Below, piece after piece: positions 13,723-29,531 of a stretch of 64,000 nt of DNA (position 1 is its first letter; each line of letters begins with the position of its first letter). Both the position numbers and the translations under genes were made by a program. Under the pieces are notes generated by a model. That model searched no databases. It saw only the letters and a list, made by a program, of their open reading frames with translations, and was not told the origin of the DNA. This stretch comes from Podarcis liolepis (lineage: Eukaryota): NCBI GenBank assembly GCA_965112155.1, contig OZ218103.1; one strand, 5' to 3'.

Positions 13723-15333
13723 CTGTGTAATAAAAAGTAAAACAAAAAAACAAAAAACAAAAAGGTATGTCACAGGAACAAGACCAGCTCCTTTTCAAAG
13801 GCCAAAACACAACCATCAACAATAAGGTGCTATCCACTTGAAATGGCTTAGCTGCCACACATTTAAGTTAGCCTTTCGTTTCATAGCCCAGAATCAATAT
13901 TAAGTATGAAGAAGCTCCATTATTGGGCTCTGGAAATCGAACGTAAATGCAAATCCTCTGGCAATCGGAAATTATTACATTGTATTCACCATTTCAGCCT
14001 GAAGTTCAGCCACTGAAACCCAGGTTAGTCCTGCTGGAGGAATTTAGTTTTTGAGCTGAACGGCATGCTGTGGAACACAATTGCAGTTCCCAAGTAATGA
14101 ATGGCAATTCTCATTTTGTGTCATTGTTGTTTATATCCATAAAGCAAAATGCAAACCATTCTTCATTTGTGCTTGAGTTCCAGTTAAAAATAATCATATA
14201 GCATAACCAGTTGTCCAAACAGTATCTCCCTGCTAAATTCAGGAAGTAAAAATGTAACCAAAATGGAAAATAATAGCCTCAATCTAGCAGAACCTCTGGA
14301 GGCCCTGCGCAGATGCAAATGCCCTCATTTATCAGTATATGGCCAACAGCTGGCTGCAATTTTGTGCCCAGGCACCCACTGTTCAGCTTCAAATCCTGGT
14401 TTCAAATGATTAAGGGGGCATGCTTAACATTAGCTTTCATGTTAATTAACCATGGTTAAATTCAGCTGGCGTTAGCCTGAACTGTCTGGGAATGTGCCTT
14501 AAGTTTTGCTTAGAGTCTAATCTGATCCCAGCTGCTGTGGTGCCAACTTGCCCTTGATTTGGCCCCCACATACCATAGAAAATTTAGCTGTTGCATTCAT
14601 CAACATGGAAGAAGCAGGACCGCATTGAGTCACATGCTCTTCTCTCGGTATCCACGTGTGCTGCATGAATGTCTGCAGAGAGGGGTCCTTTGTCTCTATA
14701 ACTATACATGCGAAAACCCCGTCCCACCCCAACATTCGTGCTGTAGATGCAGACAACATGGCAGGGCACAGACTGGACTGTGTGAGATGGGAGAGGGCTG
14801 CTTGCAGCAGCCTCACTTCTTCTTCCCTTGCTGATGAACATGGGAGCTTTAATGCCCCCACTGGGCTCTTCTCTTGGCCCATGGAGCCATCTTTCAGTGA
14901 CACTTCCAGCCCACTTCTCCACACCCAAAAGTAGGGTCATTCATCACTACGCAGCCTCTACAATGCAGGTCATGGTTTGCACAAGCAGAGAGATGTTGCA
15001 GCACCAAAAAAGAGATACCTGCCAAATAGGTAGCTCAAAATGCAAAAGAGTAAAATTAAATCCCCAGGCTGTCCATCTATGTATAGCTTTGGGCTGCAAT
15101 ATTATACCTGCTTACTTACAGCTAAGTAACTCAATGGGAGTAAACAGGATTGCAGTATGAAAACACCTTAACTACAGTTTCACATGTTGTGAAGTCAGTC
15201 TCTAGCCTGGAAAACACAAGTAGAGAATGAATTTGTAGCACACTACATGATAGTGACCTGACTTAGGTGAAAGGCTCTGGAAAAATTAGGACTGATCTGA
15301 TCGCTCTCTTTGCCTAGTTTTGCTGATTTTTTA

Positions 15334-15618
<285 letters not shown>

Positions 15619-16354
15619 CTACAAAACAGTGTCAATGTCAGGCGGGTCTATCGATCCATCAAAAAAACAGACATGCAGCAGCCTGAGTACAACATGTTAT
15701 TAAAATGCTTATATTACAATAATGAAATTAAAACACTTGCTTGGGATTATTTGGTTACTGAGATGGAACAAGTAATGCATGATATAAGTATCAGTCGTGT
15801 GTTAGACCTGTGCAAATGTACATTTTGCCAAAAGTTTGCAAGACTCCATGCATCAAAGGCCAATTTAAACTAGATGAATACTGATTTAAGACTCCCAGCT
15901 CATGTGCTGGTCCATGTGTGAAGGAAGCAGCTAACAGCCTATGTAGCAGCTGTGCTGGGATGCCAGCATGTTTGCTTCAGTCCATGGAATGAGAGCCTTT
16001 TTAAAGATTATATAAAACTGTGTTCCAATCCACAGACAGAAGTTTCCTAACACTACAGTCAAGGCCAACCTTGATGACACAGAAATTTGAGGAACTGTAG
16101 TGCTGAACAAGGTTTCATAGCAACTTCTGAATGCACATTCCAGTTGGATCCTGATTTAGCACAGCATGTTGGAGAACCAGCTTAGCCATGATCCCAATGG
16201 CACAAAATATGTGGGCTGGTTTGCAAGCAACTTGAGTCAATGCTGCTGCCACTTAAACGACTGAATTCAGTGCAGCTGAGCAGCTGAAATGCAAATACTG
16301 AAGTTTCTATACTTTTCATTGTGCATTTGAGTTGCACCCAGTGTTTACTGACAT

Positions 16355-16706
16355 GCAGAACGGGTGGAAAACTATTTTCCGGCCTGCATTCCCACCTGGA
16401 AATTCCCTATTCCAGCTGTGAGTGTGGCCAGAGACAAAAGTGGGCGAAACAACTGATGTGATTCTCACCTGTGTATGCTAGGCTGTATTCAAGCCAGAGG
16501 TTTCTATGTCCACATCCCTCCCTCTCTCTCCATTCAAACAAACAAGAGGATTTATCGCAGCTCAAGAACACTTGAGAAGAATGCCGAGCAGAGCAGGTGA
16601 GAGGTGGGGTCCAGGGGGAGGGGCCATGTTATGAGAAGGGGCGTGGCCTGGGGATAATCCAGAGGTCTGCATTTGGCCCTCAGGCCTGTGGTTCCCCACC
16701 CCAATG
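16355..16706. mobile_element. Degenerate hAT-type element
   Basis: End motif ATTTGGCCCTCAGGCCTGTGGTTCCCCACC shared with 24746-25343; boundaries approximate. Confidence 0.55.
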
Positions 16707-16755
16707 CAGGACACTGATCGTATATACTATGCAACCATAAGGGAGTACTGTACTA

Positions 16756-16995
<240 letters not shown>

Positions 16996-17436
16996 TCATT
17001 CATCACCAGGTTCAGGCAATGCTTTGCTGCAAAGTCTGAAACCAAAGTAGCTTCCATTCTGCCAAAGTCCTACTCTAATGGAACATAGTAACATGTAATT
17101 AAACTTTGGTTTTTTGTTTTTGCTCTGCAGAATGTTAATTTGAAATATAGGTTTACCCACAAGGTGTTCTTTTTCGGGGGGAAAGCCACTGTACCAAAGA
17201 CCTATCCTCTTTGAGAAGAAACATGAAACCAAACTACTTTAGGAATTATTGGGCAAGTAAATAAGTATGGCAAATTCCTTTGTACATGGCCGAAATTAAT
17301 AACAGAAAGAGCTTTTAGCTAATGTGCCTCCAATGTATTGTACCAGCAGCCAAAGTGGAGAAATGCAATTCTATCACATGAATTTTTGGGAAATGTTCTT
17401 TTAATATAAACAACGCTATGTTTTCTGGGGGGCTTA

Positions 17437-17721
<285 letters not shown>

Positions 17722-17782
17722 TCAGTGTACGTTTACTTACTCACATTTTCTTAAGACGGCAGAATATCCAGTGAAACTGTAC

Positions 17783-17883
17783 CTGTACATCAAGTCCACC
17801 AGCATCTCTGGGTCTTCTTGGTGCTCCTTCATCTTAACTGTATCAGACAGGATCATATGGAGGTTGAACACAAGATCTTGGAC
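17783..17883 (-). CDS. DOCK7: DOCK7 exon (101 nt)
   Basis: tttcag|GTC...AG|gtacag; [33 protein letters not shown](R); followed by a 90-nt intron. Confidence 0.96.
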
Positions 17884-18610
17884 CTGAAATGGGAGGGAAT
17901 GAAACAAATATTCTGCGCAAAACAAGTATTTGTTGGTTACTTCGAATCTGTGTGGCAGGAATTCAAATGCGAAAATCGCTTGCCATTGTTCATTTTTTAA
18001 AAAATGAATCCTGCCAGGGAGACATCATGTTCCCCTCCATCATTTCTAATTTTGCATTTGTCACCAGTCAATATTTGTTAATTCTGTGTTCATTCATTCA
18101 TCCAGCAAAGTTGGACTGAATTATTTGAGTGGATGAGCAGTTTCTTAGAAATGTCGAGTCAGACTTCATTTTTTGTTGTTGTTCATTTCACCATTTAATC
18201 TGTCTGATTTAGAACTTTAACACAATTATCTATTGTTATTTTATGTGAGGCATTTTTAGACCAACTTTCATCAGATTGGATTTCAGAGTGATGCAGAGCA
18301 ACACAAATACAAAAGAAACCCTCACCACAAAAAACAAAAACAAACTAGGGCTATCCAATCTGATGCCCCACAGATGTTGCTGGACTTCAACTCCCATCAG
18401 CCCCAGTCAGCACATCCATTGGTCAAGGATTATGGGACCTGAAGCCCCCCCCCCATCTGATTACATTTTCATGTATCACTCCATGTTCACATTCAGGTTT
18501 TGCATCATCAGGAATTCCAATATGGGTCAACATCCTACTGAGTCTAAAAGCAAGTAAGCTGAAAATTGTGGGTCTTAAGGAAATAAAATAACCCATACTT
18601 ATCTATGTCA

Positions 18611-18811
<201 letters not shown>

Positions 18812-19127
18812 TTACTGTGCCAATAACGTCAGGTGACAACACCAGCTTAATAGGCATCGCAGTCCCAAACCAAAAAGTACAGCAAACATTTGATTTTCCT
18901 GAAGGGGTCTGGCCAGAACTCCATCCATCAAAATGATTAATTTATAGCTGAGTTGTTTAACTCCAGATTAAAGTGTTCTCCTTTAAAGACGACACAAGCC
19001 TTTTGGTCCATGTGTGACTATTCAGATTTAAAATATATGACCCTCAAAAAAATCAGTGCTCCTCACTTGTCTTCTCTTGCACCAGTTTGGATTGGCATTG
19101 CACCCCATGCTTGCAGAAACACTATAC

Positions 19128-19625
<498 letters not shown>

Positions 19626-19714
19626 CTAGAAGGACAGCGTGAGAGACAAGCATTCAGCAGTCGTGGCTGCACCCCAAACGCCAACACAATGTTGAATTAA
19701 TTGCACCACAATCA

Positions 19715-20128
<414 letters not shown>

Positions 20129-20173
20129 TCAGAATACACTTTCTACAGGGGGCATTGCTAGTCTTGCTCACTA

Positions 20174-20341
<168 letters not shown>

Positions 20342-20785
20342 TTAAAAATAAAATTTCTTTGGAGAAGCGAGGAAAAGAAACTTTTTGTTGCAGCTGGAAA
20401 AATAAGATTGCTTATCAGATAATCACCATGCTCTAACAGAACACTTTAGCAGCAGGAACCACCAAAAACAGGCTCAATACAAAAGCAGGGATGGGGAATC
20501 TCTGGCCCTCCAGATGTTATCAGACTCCAGCGCCTATCAGAGCCCAGGCAACATGGCCAATGGTCAAGGGCCTCTGCCTGTGATCCCAGAGATCCACCGC
20601 CAATCAAAGCAGATATTACTGGGCTGGATGGACCAATGGCTTACATGATATAAGAACTTTAAGATGAAATAAAGCTAATAATGCTTGCAACAAAATGAGG
20701 AGCAGAGTAATAAAAGATAAAGAGAAAAAGGAAACCACATTAGCATGTTCGTGATAAGCTTGGGAGTACAGTGAGAGAAAAATAG

Positions 20786-20920
20786 CAGTGGGGGACCCAT
20801 GGCACTCCCAGTGTTGTTGGACTACAACTCCCATCATTCCTAACTGTTGGCCACAGTGGCTGGATCCTATGGGAGTTGGGATCCACTGACATACAAAGGA
20901 CCACAGGTTCCCCATCACTT
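20786..20920. mobile_element. Degenerate palindromic hAT MITE (family of 47911-48046)
   Basis: GGACTACAACTCCCATCA...TGGGAGTTG core; other decayed copies near 18346-18440, 20486-20570, 50640-50748, 52693-52885, 57490-57572, 63470-63708. Confidence 0.7.
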
Positions 20921-22002
20921 GCTTAAGGAGATGTTACGTTAACAGCTGAGATAGTGTGTGTGTGTGTGTTTGTATTTTATAAGAATCTGATGAGACGCTT
21001 GAAGATAAACTGAAACCACTGCACTATTAAAAAATTTCAGTGGGATTGTTGCACTTGCTAAGTTTGTAGGAAATTATAGTCTCCCAAATCTTATCAAACC
21101 ACTTCTATTCAGAAGGTTGCTTGGGTCCCTACTGTGCTACCAGGCAAAAGCCTACTAAAACAGAAGAGACTTTCAACAACATTTTGTGATGTGGAATGGG
21201 GCAGCTCTTCAAAGAAAAATAGCCCACTGGATGGGCAAACAGAGACAAGGTCTCAGGAAGCCCTCTTCTCTCGAGAAACCAAGAGATTTTTCTTCCATGA
21301 AAAATATATGATCTATGGCTCCTCCTGGACATGTCTGAGTTGGCACAACTGAAGTAGTTCTTTGAATCCTAACTAACACGATTTGTATATATCCTCCCTT
21401 TCATAAAGGGTCTTTCCCTGCTAATGGTGCCCACTGTTTCTTCATGAAAGCCAAAGGATTAAAATTACAAAGTGTGCTGCAGAAACACAGTTTGCTAAGG
21501 GAAACTAGGGCTACACTGAAGAAAATGAGTATCTTTTTATTCATCTTTACATAAGTGAAGACAGCATGGCACTTTATGATGTGAACACATGGTGGCGCTA
21601 AGAGAATAAATTTCTGGAGAACATTACTAGGTAGTAGGTACCAGTGGAAATGTCTATGTGATGTATGAAACGTCCTGCTGATGTCCTGCTGTGCTATAAT
21701 GCACCATACATGCTTCCCAAAAGCCGGCAATGATCTGTCATAAATGGTAGCAGTACATGCTACTGTATGCACCAATCTGGAGCAGGCAATATGCACTGCT
21801 AGCAACAGACCAACCAACATCATTTTTACTGGTGCGGTGGGCGGGGGCACATTGTTGGAAAAGTGGAATTTAGTCCTAATTATTCCACTTGACTTCCACT
21901 GTAGTATGTGTTGGAAGCTGGCCAGAGTGGCTGGGGCAACCCAGCCAAATGGGCAGGGAATGATAATAAACTAATAATAGTAATAATTCAATTGGTCAAT
22001 AC

Positions 22003-22612
22003 CATAGCTGTCAAGTGTCCCTTATTTGAAGGGACAGTCCCTTATTCCAGCGCTATGTCCCGCTGCTGTCCCTTATTGATGGATGTCCCTTAAATGTCCC
22101 TTAAATGATGTCCCTTAAATTTCAAAGGAAGCAGCTCCTCTCCCTCCCTCCCTCCCTGCTGGCCAGGGAGGAGGGAGGCTCCAACTGTGTTGCTTGGCTG
22201 TGTTGCTCACCCAATAAGAAGTCTAAGAACGACTGGGGGGTGGAGCTTGCATGCCTTGTGCGTGGCTAGTTAATGCAAGCTGAGAGGGTTTTTGAATGCT
22301 GGACGCCATTTTGTTGCATGTGCTGCTGCAAACATTGCAGTGCAAAGCCAGGCCAGGGAGCCATCTTAAGTTGAGGCTGCATAGGCCTTGTGGTGCATGT
22401 GATTCAGATTCTATTCAGTTGAACCTCTGGTTACAAAGTTGGTTGGACAGTGTTCTCGAAGCTACCAGCATGAGTTTGACCAGACTGCAGGAGGACAAGA
22501 AGACTGGAGTGCCTGGAACAGGTGAGGCTGCTGGTCCCTTATTTTGGCTGCTGGTCCCTTATTTTCAAGGCTGCTGGTCCCTTATTTTCAAATCTGTAAG
22601 TTGACAGCTATG
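22003..22612. mobile_element. Non-autonomous hAT element (610 bp) with subterminal repeats
   Basis: Perfect 12-bp TIR CATAGCTGTCAA; perfect 8-bp TSD GTCAATAC (21995-22002 and 22613-22620); GTCCCTTA repeated at both ends. Confidence 0.92.
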
Positions 22613-24144
22613 GTCAATACTAGCTGCCTGCTAAAAATCCTACTAGGAGCACCAAGCTCCTCCTTCCCTCTAGGGGGGTGTGTGTGTGTGTGTGCGTGCG
22701 TGCAAGGGCAACTTCTATTGCAGTCCTTACATGAAGAGAAATCTTCTGTAGAGCCTGGAGATGGCAGGGCTTGTACCTGGGACCTTACTACATGCAAAGC
22801 ATATGCACTACCACGGAGTCACACCTTTCCCACATTTTACCACATTTATTTCTGAGCCGGACAGAGCCTTTGGCAGAAAAGGAGAAAGCTGTCCAGGAGC
22901 CCAAAACACGGTGATGCATCAGCAGGCTGGACTGAGATCTTGCACAAGAATGAACATCTCCTGGGCTAAATCTGTTTTAAGGGCACTGTCCATACACTCA
23001 CACTGTGCTAGGCAAAACTGAATTGTACAGAAGGCAGTGAATGTCCTGGTCTTGCAGGTGCTGCAAAGGCTTTGAAAAGGAGAGTGCTCTAGAATTCTTA
23101 AAAGGAGATCTACAGATCTCTATTCCTGCCTACAGTTTATACGCCATGTGACCTTCTTGCATTTCGGCTGGTGGACCCTTTAACCAAACACCTCCAGAAT
23201 TTTTACCGGGATCAAATTAAGACTACATCAAAAAGATGTAATGTTAATTGGACTGTCAGGGAACTGCAATTTTCACACCAAAATTCAGATGTGCCCAGCA
23301 CTATGGGGGGAAAAGGGACACCCTGTAGCAGCATATACACACACACCCTCACACTTCACAGCCACGTCATGTTGCAAAAAACAAACAAACCCACAGACCT
23401 TCTGCAAAGCACCTCAGTCAAACAAAACCTGCACTCAGAGCCTTATTAGAAGACAAAAAGCATGCCAAGCAAAGCTGCAACCGTAAGTCCTACACCTAAC
23501 CAACACCCCACCCCAACCATTTCAAACCCCAGCAGGCACTCGTACAACAAAAGGAACCACTGAAGTCACAGGCAGGCATACAAAGCTGCTGCCAAGCGCC
23601 AAAAGCCAGAATTGCAATAGCAAAAGTACAAACGCACAACAGGGGGGGAAATTAAATACAGCAGTACACCAGTGCTACAGTACCTGGCTGGTTTGTGGCT
23701 TCTAAAAACACAGCACATGTGGGGAAAATAATCAAAGTGATTGATTAGGGCAGGAGAGGAGTCAGCTTGGAGAACTCCAGAATGCTCTAATGGAGTAAGT
23801 GACCGATGGCACACATGCAATTACACCTAGTTACTCTTGGCTGCAACTTAAAGCACCCTATAGCCGTCTTATCAGTGCATTGGTCATCTTCCCTTACAGC
23901 ACAATCCTATACAAGTCTAGTCAGGAGCAAGTCCCATTGAGTTTAATGACACTTACTACCAGGGAAATGGGTGTAGGATTGCAACCTCTTTTTCTTTTAA
24001 ATAAACAACACATGTGTGTGACAGCAGTGTTCTTATGAGGTTAGTCCTATCTCAGTTCAGGTCCAGACCTGCTCATACTGTGAGGAGCAAGGAGCAAGGC
24101 AGTCCCTATCTTGGCCAACTGGCCATTTCAACATTAAAATGTTT

Positions 24145-24396
24145 GGGTACCAGGCAGAGGGCCTTCTCGGTAGTGGCACCAGCCCTGTAGAACGCCCTCC
24201 CACCAGATGTCAAAGAGAAAAATAACTACCAAACTTTTAGAAGACATCTGAAGGCAGCCCTGTTTAGGGAAGCTTTTAATGTTTAATAGGTTATTGTATT
24301 TTAGTGTTCTGTTGGAAGCCGCCCAGAGTGGCTGGGGAAACCCAGCCTGATGGGCGGGGTATGAATAATAAATTATTATTATTATATTATTATTAT
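24145..24396 (+). mobile_element. L2-clade LINE 3' end with (ATT)n tail
   Basis: AGGGCCTTCTCGGTAGTGGCACC...GCCGCCCAGAGTGGCTGGGGAAACCCAGCC.GATGGGCGGGGTAT followed by ATT repeats; shorter copies at 21905-21985 and 50755-50803. Confidence 0.8.
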
Positions 24397-24412
24397 GGGT
24401 AAGGTAGCATTA

Positions 24413-24526
<114 letters not shown>

Positions 24527-24745
24527 TTAAAAAATTGCTTTTAACTTTTTTATCTTTGACTGCTGCGTTTGATGAATTAAATGAGGTATCATGACTACAT
24601 CCTTCACACACAATGAATGGTTAACCTCACATTAAATGATTATTGCACTTCAAAATTAATTATCATCAGTGTTGACTAATCCTTTCAATACGAAAAGGAA
24701 CCAGCTTCCAAGCAAACATGTGAGTAAATCAACACTATCTACCAA

Positions 24746-25343
24746 AAGAGGAGAAGGAAACCTTTTTCAACTGGAGGGCTACATTCCTTCTTAAACACCC
24801 TTCCAGGGGCCACACACCAGGGGTGGACCAGGGGCCTGAGAAAAAAAGGGAGCCGGACAACAGATGTAACATTTCCCTTTGTACATTAGGCTACATTTCA
24901 GTCACACGCACACAAAATGTGGAGGAGAGACACTGGTTTTACACATACACACCCCCATCCAAATACAGTGATACCTCAGGTTACATACGCTTCAGGTTAC
25001 ATACGCTTCAGGTTACAGACTCCGCTAACCCAGAAATATTACCTCAGGTTAAGAACTTTGCTTTAGGATGAGAACAGAAATCATGCTCCGGCAGCGCAGC
25101 GGCAGCAGGAGGCCCCATTAGCTAAAGTGGTGCTTCAGGTTTCGGGTTAAGAACGGACCTCTGGAATGAATTAAGTACTTAACCCGAGGTACCACTGTAG
25201 TAAGAGGAACCATCAAAATGCAAGGACACTCAAAGAAGTGCGGAGTACGGTCAGTGAGAGCCAGGGTCCTGAACGGGGCATCACCTGGAGGGAGCCTTGA
25301 GGGCCAAATATACAGGTTTGAAGAGCTATATTTGGCCCTCGAG
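24746..25343. mobile_element. Older hAT-type element interrupted by a mariner MITE
   Basis: Shares terminal and internal motifs with 16355-16706; boundaries approximate. Confidence 0.55.
24966..25197. mobile_element. Tc1/mariner(pogo)-type MITE
   Basis: TA|CAGTGATACCTCAGGTTA ... TAACCCGAGGTACCACTG|TA (16/18 TIR match); internal TTCAGGTTACATACGC tandem repeat. Confidence 0.88.
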
Positions 25344-25783
25344 TCTGAGGTTCCCCACCTTTGTTCTGTAATATCTCATTAACACTATCAGGATAGTTTA
25401 CTATTCATAAATTCAAGACTAGCTCAGTATTAAGGAATGTTGCATCACTGACTCCAGAGGGCTCCACTGCAGAGGGCTCAGTACAACCAATGTTTCCCCT
25501 GCTCTGTCAGAGTAAAGGACTGCTGGCATGGGGCAGCTTTCATGAAAAGCAGACAGAATCACTGCTCCTATACAGGACTCAGTTGGAGGCCGACTGCTGC
25601 TGAAGCAACATCCAAGCTCTGCCTCTTTCTGGCATTCAGCCTGAGCCTGAACAAGGCAGATTTGCTTTGCTTGGCCTGGCTTGTCACTGCAGAGGTCAAT
25701 GCTTGCCGGAGGACTGCGGCCCCTCTCCCTGTCATTCACACAAAGCTGCCTTAGCACAGTGCATGAAGGGGCCTCCCATTTCA

Positions 25784-25960
<177 letters not shown>

Positions 25961-26177
25961 TCACAAGAAAGAGGACAGAACATGAAACAAGAGTCAGTCC
26001 TTTTTAAAAACAAAGAAAGTCCATTATAATTTAATACACAAATAAAGCAAATTATTTAGGCAGCTTCCTATATCTAACACAGAATTTGCAGTATCCACAA
26101 ATTCTACTTCTAATCTTTCTTTTGGGAGAAGCTAAGACAGTTAAACTTGCTACAAAGTGGTATATATTTCTAGCGTT

Positions 26178-26316
26178 CAGGGCTTCTTTTTCAGTCGGAA
26201 CTTGCCGGAACTCAGTTCTGGCACTTCTCAGGTGGGACGCCACTGTCATTCTAAAAGAATGAGGGAAGCATTCATGGTAAGTTCTGGCACCTCGTTTTCC
26301 AAGAAAAATAGCACTG
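26178..26316. mobile_element. Short hAT-type MITE
   Basis: TIR CAGGGCTTCTTTTT / AAAAATAGCACTG; 8-bp TSD CTAGCGTT / GTAGTGTT (6/8); internal AGTTCTGGCAC repeats. Confidence 0.7.
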
Positions 26317-26907
26317 GTAGTGTTGAATCATCCTATGTTTGCTTTCTTGCCTATCCTTGGCTAACTAGAGAACTGTGAATCATGGAGAAATTTGAATCAA
26401 TCAGTTGTTCCTTCAGCAAAGCAGAGAAAGACCCTTCCGAGCAAACAGGGAGGAGATGGTACTAACTCATTGGCTCTCAAGAATGTTCAGTGGGTACAAT
26501 CCCAAGCAAGGATTGTATGCTGAGCAAAGCAGGGCAAAGACTCCAGAAGCTCAAAAACAGGAATTTAGTTTCCCTTTCTGATGGGAATTTGGTTTGGTGG
26601 AGACTTAAAGGGTGAGAAACACGAAGGAAACATTGTTAGAAGATCTACTTTTAACTGAGTACTGGTTGTGTGGTTCTGAATTCAGCGGCAACCATTTTGT
26701 GTGAGGGTGCTGTTCCTGACCCTTGCACATGTTGGCGGAGCATGAATAAGCCTACCTCGCCCTGCCCCATTTTCCGGCCACTTCTAGGCTAGCAGTGACG
26801 AGCATGTGCATGATCGCACATCAATCGGACACATGTACACTGCTTTCTGCCTGTACCGCTTCACTTCTCTGAAAAACATGAGCGTAATTGTCTTGCTGCT
26901 ACTATAC

Positions 26908-27090
26908 CTTGTATTCGAAGCAAGAAACACAGAGGTAGAGCAAATCCAGTAAACGATTAAGCTGCAGCACAGAAAGGTCCGTGAACCATTTTTGTAGGAC
27001 ACTTTCATCAGCGTTCTTCAGGACCCACAAGAGGCAGATCAGAAGGTTCCGACTTGACTCGGCTGAAAATGTTGAATGCTGCCTATTTGT
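26908..27090 (-). CDS. DOCK7: DOCK7 exon (183 nt)
   Basis: cttcag|ACA...AAG|gtatag; [61 protein letters not shown]. Confidence 0.96.
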
Positions 27091-27359
27091 CTGAAGGCAC
27101 AGGAAGAACTAGTTAGAATCAGGACCACTTCTTCTGCTTGGAATATTACTCAACCAGCTACTCTTCTGTTCTTCTGGAAGGAGTCTGGTTGAATTTATTT
27201 TAACTATTAATTATTATTATTTGTATGTTTTATTGTGCTTTAAATATTCTATGGGGAAGCCAAATTATATAAATATTAACATTATTGTAATTATTACACT
27301 GTTTTTAAGTACTGGCATAGCCATGAAGTGGATCACTGTGAACTATATATCACTTCAAT

Positions 27360-27360
<1 letters not shown>

Positions 27361-27396
<36 letters not shown>
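27361..27396. repeat. (CTAT)n / (GATA)n microsatellite
   Basis: About 9 perfect CTAT units. Confidence 0.95.
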
Positions 27397-27397
<1 letters not shown>

Positions 27398-27979
27398 ATC
27401 TGCTTTCTTAAGAAATATATTTAAAAATGGAATAGAAATACATTTAAAATTAATTAATTAAATAGTTTAGTTAGTTTGCTACATTTAAACCATTGCTTCA
27501 CACTGCTATCCTGAAGTGATTTGCAATAATGAAGTATAAAACACAAGATTTTTTTTTTTTTTTAAAAATATAAAATGCTAAGCCATCTAAAGGAGCACAC
27601 AATATCCACACAGGATAGACATCAGTAGGCACCAAAATACTCAAACTGATTGAACAGGCCTAATGCAAGTCCTCTGAATTTTAACTAAAAATACATTCCC
27701 CCCCCCATGTGTTTCACAATGGAGAAGCGAGGTTTTAAATCTTGATGTGCAGCCAAAGAGTTTATTATTACACCACTATCTCCCAGGAACAGAGATAATT
27801 TTGCTGCAGCGCAATCTATCCGTCACCTCCTCCCACCCACCCTCTATGTTCCAAGAGAGAGTAGTGCTGCCATCTGTTCTGTGATCAGGACTGCCACCCA
27901 CTCTTGCTGCCTTGCAAACACGGGACATGCACATTTGTCTGTTCACGGGCGTTCTAGAGGAAAAAACACTTCTCTGTAC

Positions 27980-28134
27980 CGATGATGTTAGGAGAAAACT
28001 GCTGGGACGGGTGAGTTGCGGGACGGAGGTTCCTGCAATAGCCATGGCAACCGTCTGGCTTATCATGCTTCCACCCTCGCTCTCATAGTCCTCCATTGCT
28101 GTGCAGCTTGGCCGTCCGCGCTGGTTGTGGTTTT
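27980..28134 (-). CDS. DOCK7: DOCK7 exon (155 nt)
   Basis: ctacag|AA...TCG|gtacag; (E)[51 protein letters not shown]. Confidence 0.95.
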
Positions 28135-29300
28135 CTGTAGAGAAACAAGCCAGTCCCAATGAAGCACCACAGCAACAAGGCTATCCCACTCCGCTACCAC
28201 CCTCCCAAATTTGTCCCCTAAGTATTGTTTAACTTGGAGGCTAAGCAGTAATAACGCCTTTCACACTGGACTGCAAGCAAGCAAGTAAAGCTATGTTCAA
28301 GGTACACTCATAAATTATCTGGATGTAAGTGTAGCATTGCCTCTTTCCCCAGGTTCAGGATATCAACCATGAAAACAGTTTGCTAGGGGAAACATATGAA
28401 CCTGCCTCCTTCTACAGTCCAGCACTGTAGGTTTGTTGTCAGGAGTTGGTATTGTCAGGCAGCTGCCAAGGCTCACATTCTAGCTGGTGTCCCACTGTGA
28501 CCCCTAGAGATCCCTAGTTCCCCTCCTCTTCCTTGTTGCTGTTGCCTGTTCCCCTGGCCTCCTCAGAGCAAGGAGAAGGAAAAGTATACTCCTGGGCTAT
28601 GATACAAACTGGGCCCAGAGATCTAAGGGAATGGACACAGTGGCAGGAAAGTGGACTTCTTGCTCAAGGGCCTTTCAAAATCTGGGACCAACACCGATTC
28701 CATACAGAAAATTTATAAGGTTAGGTGTGCTTAGCTTAAACAGCAGAACTGTATCTTGTACTCTCAGACTGTTAAAATACTGGCGTACAGACAAACCCAA
28801 CATTTCAGTCAGTGAGCCCAATCAATTATCATCTTGTATGAGGCCCACTATCCACTAAATATCTTTTTCAGCAAGGCTTTGAGAGGATCTGATTAATTGG
28901 CCCAGATCTGACTGCATCTGCCATTACAGCTCAATTGCTGTGGGTTTTATTTTTGTTGTGCTTTATTACTGATGTGACTGTATTCCAACTTGACATTACA
29001 TTTTGATGAAAAGGGGGGGGGGTGTTAGAAACCTTTTAAATAAAATAAGTAAGAACTCAACATGAGATAGCAACAGGTCAGTGGAGAAGACATTGGCACA
29101 CATCCTGTTCTGTGTAGCTTTGGGACTACGTGCAAAATTTGATTGCTGATGCAAACTCCTGAAGATTTAAGGACTCATTTCCTGGATGTCACTTAGGAAT
29201 CCCTTGATTTGTTTGTTTGTTTTAAGTTACTTGTTCAAGTGAAAGACAGCACTCAGGCAGCAGCACAACATGTCTGGCAGTTAATCTGCCATTTTTCTTA

Positions 29301-29531
<231 letters not shown>

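Noticed and set aside
14517-15160. Cluster of overlapping 90-135 aa ORFs on both strands
   Set aside because: No homology or splice structure recognised; treated as intronic noise.
22528-22590. Regularly spaced direct repeats resembling a CRISPR array
   Set aside because: Tandem subterminal repeats of a hAT element in vertebrate DNA, without unique spacers or cas genes.
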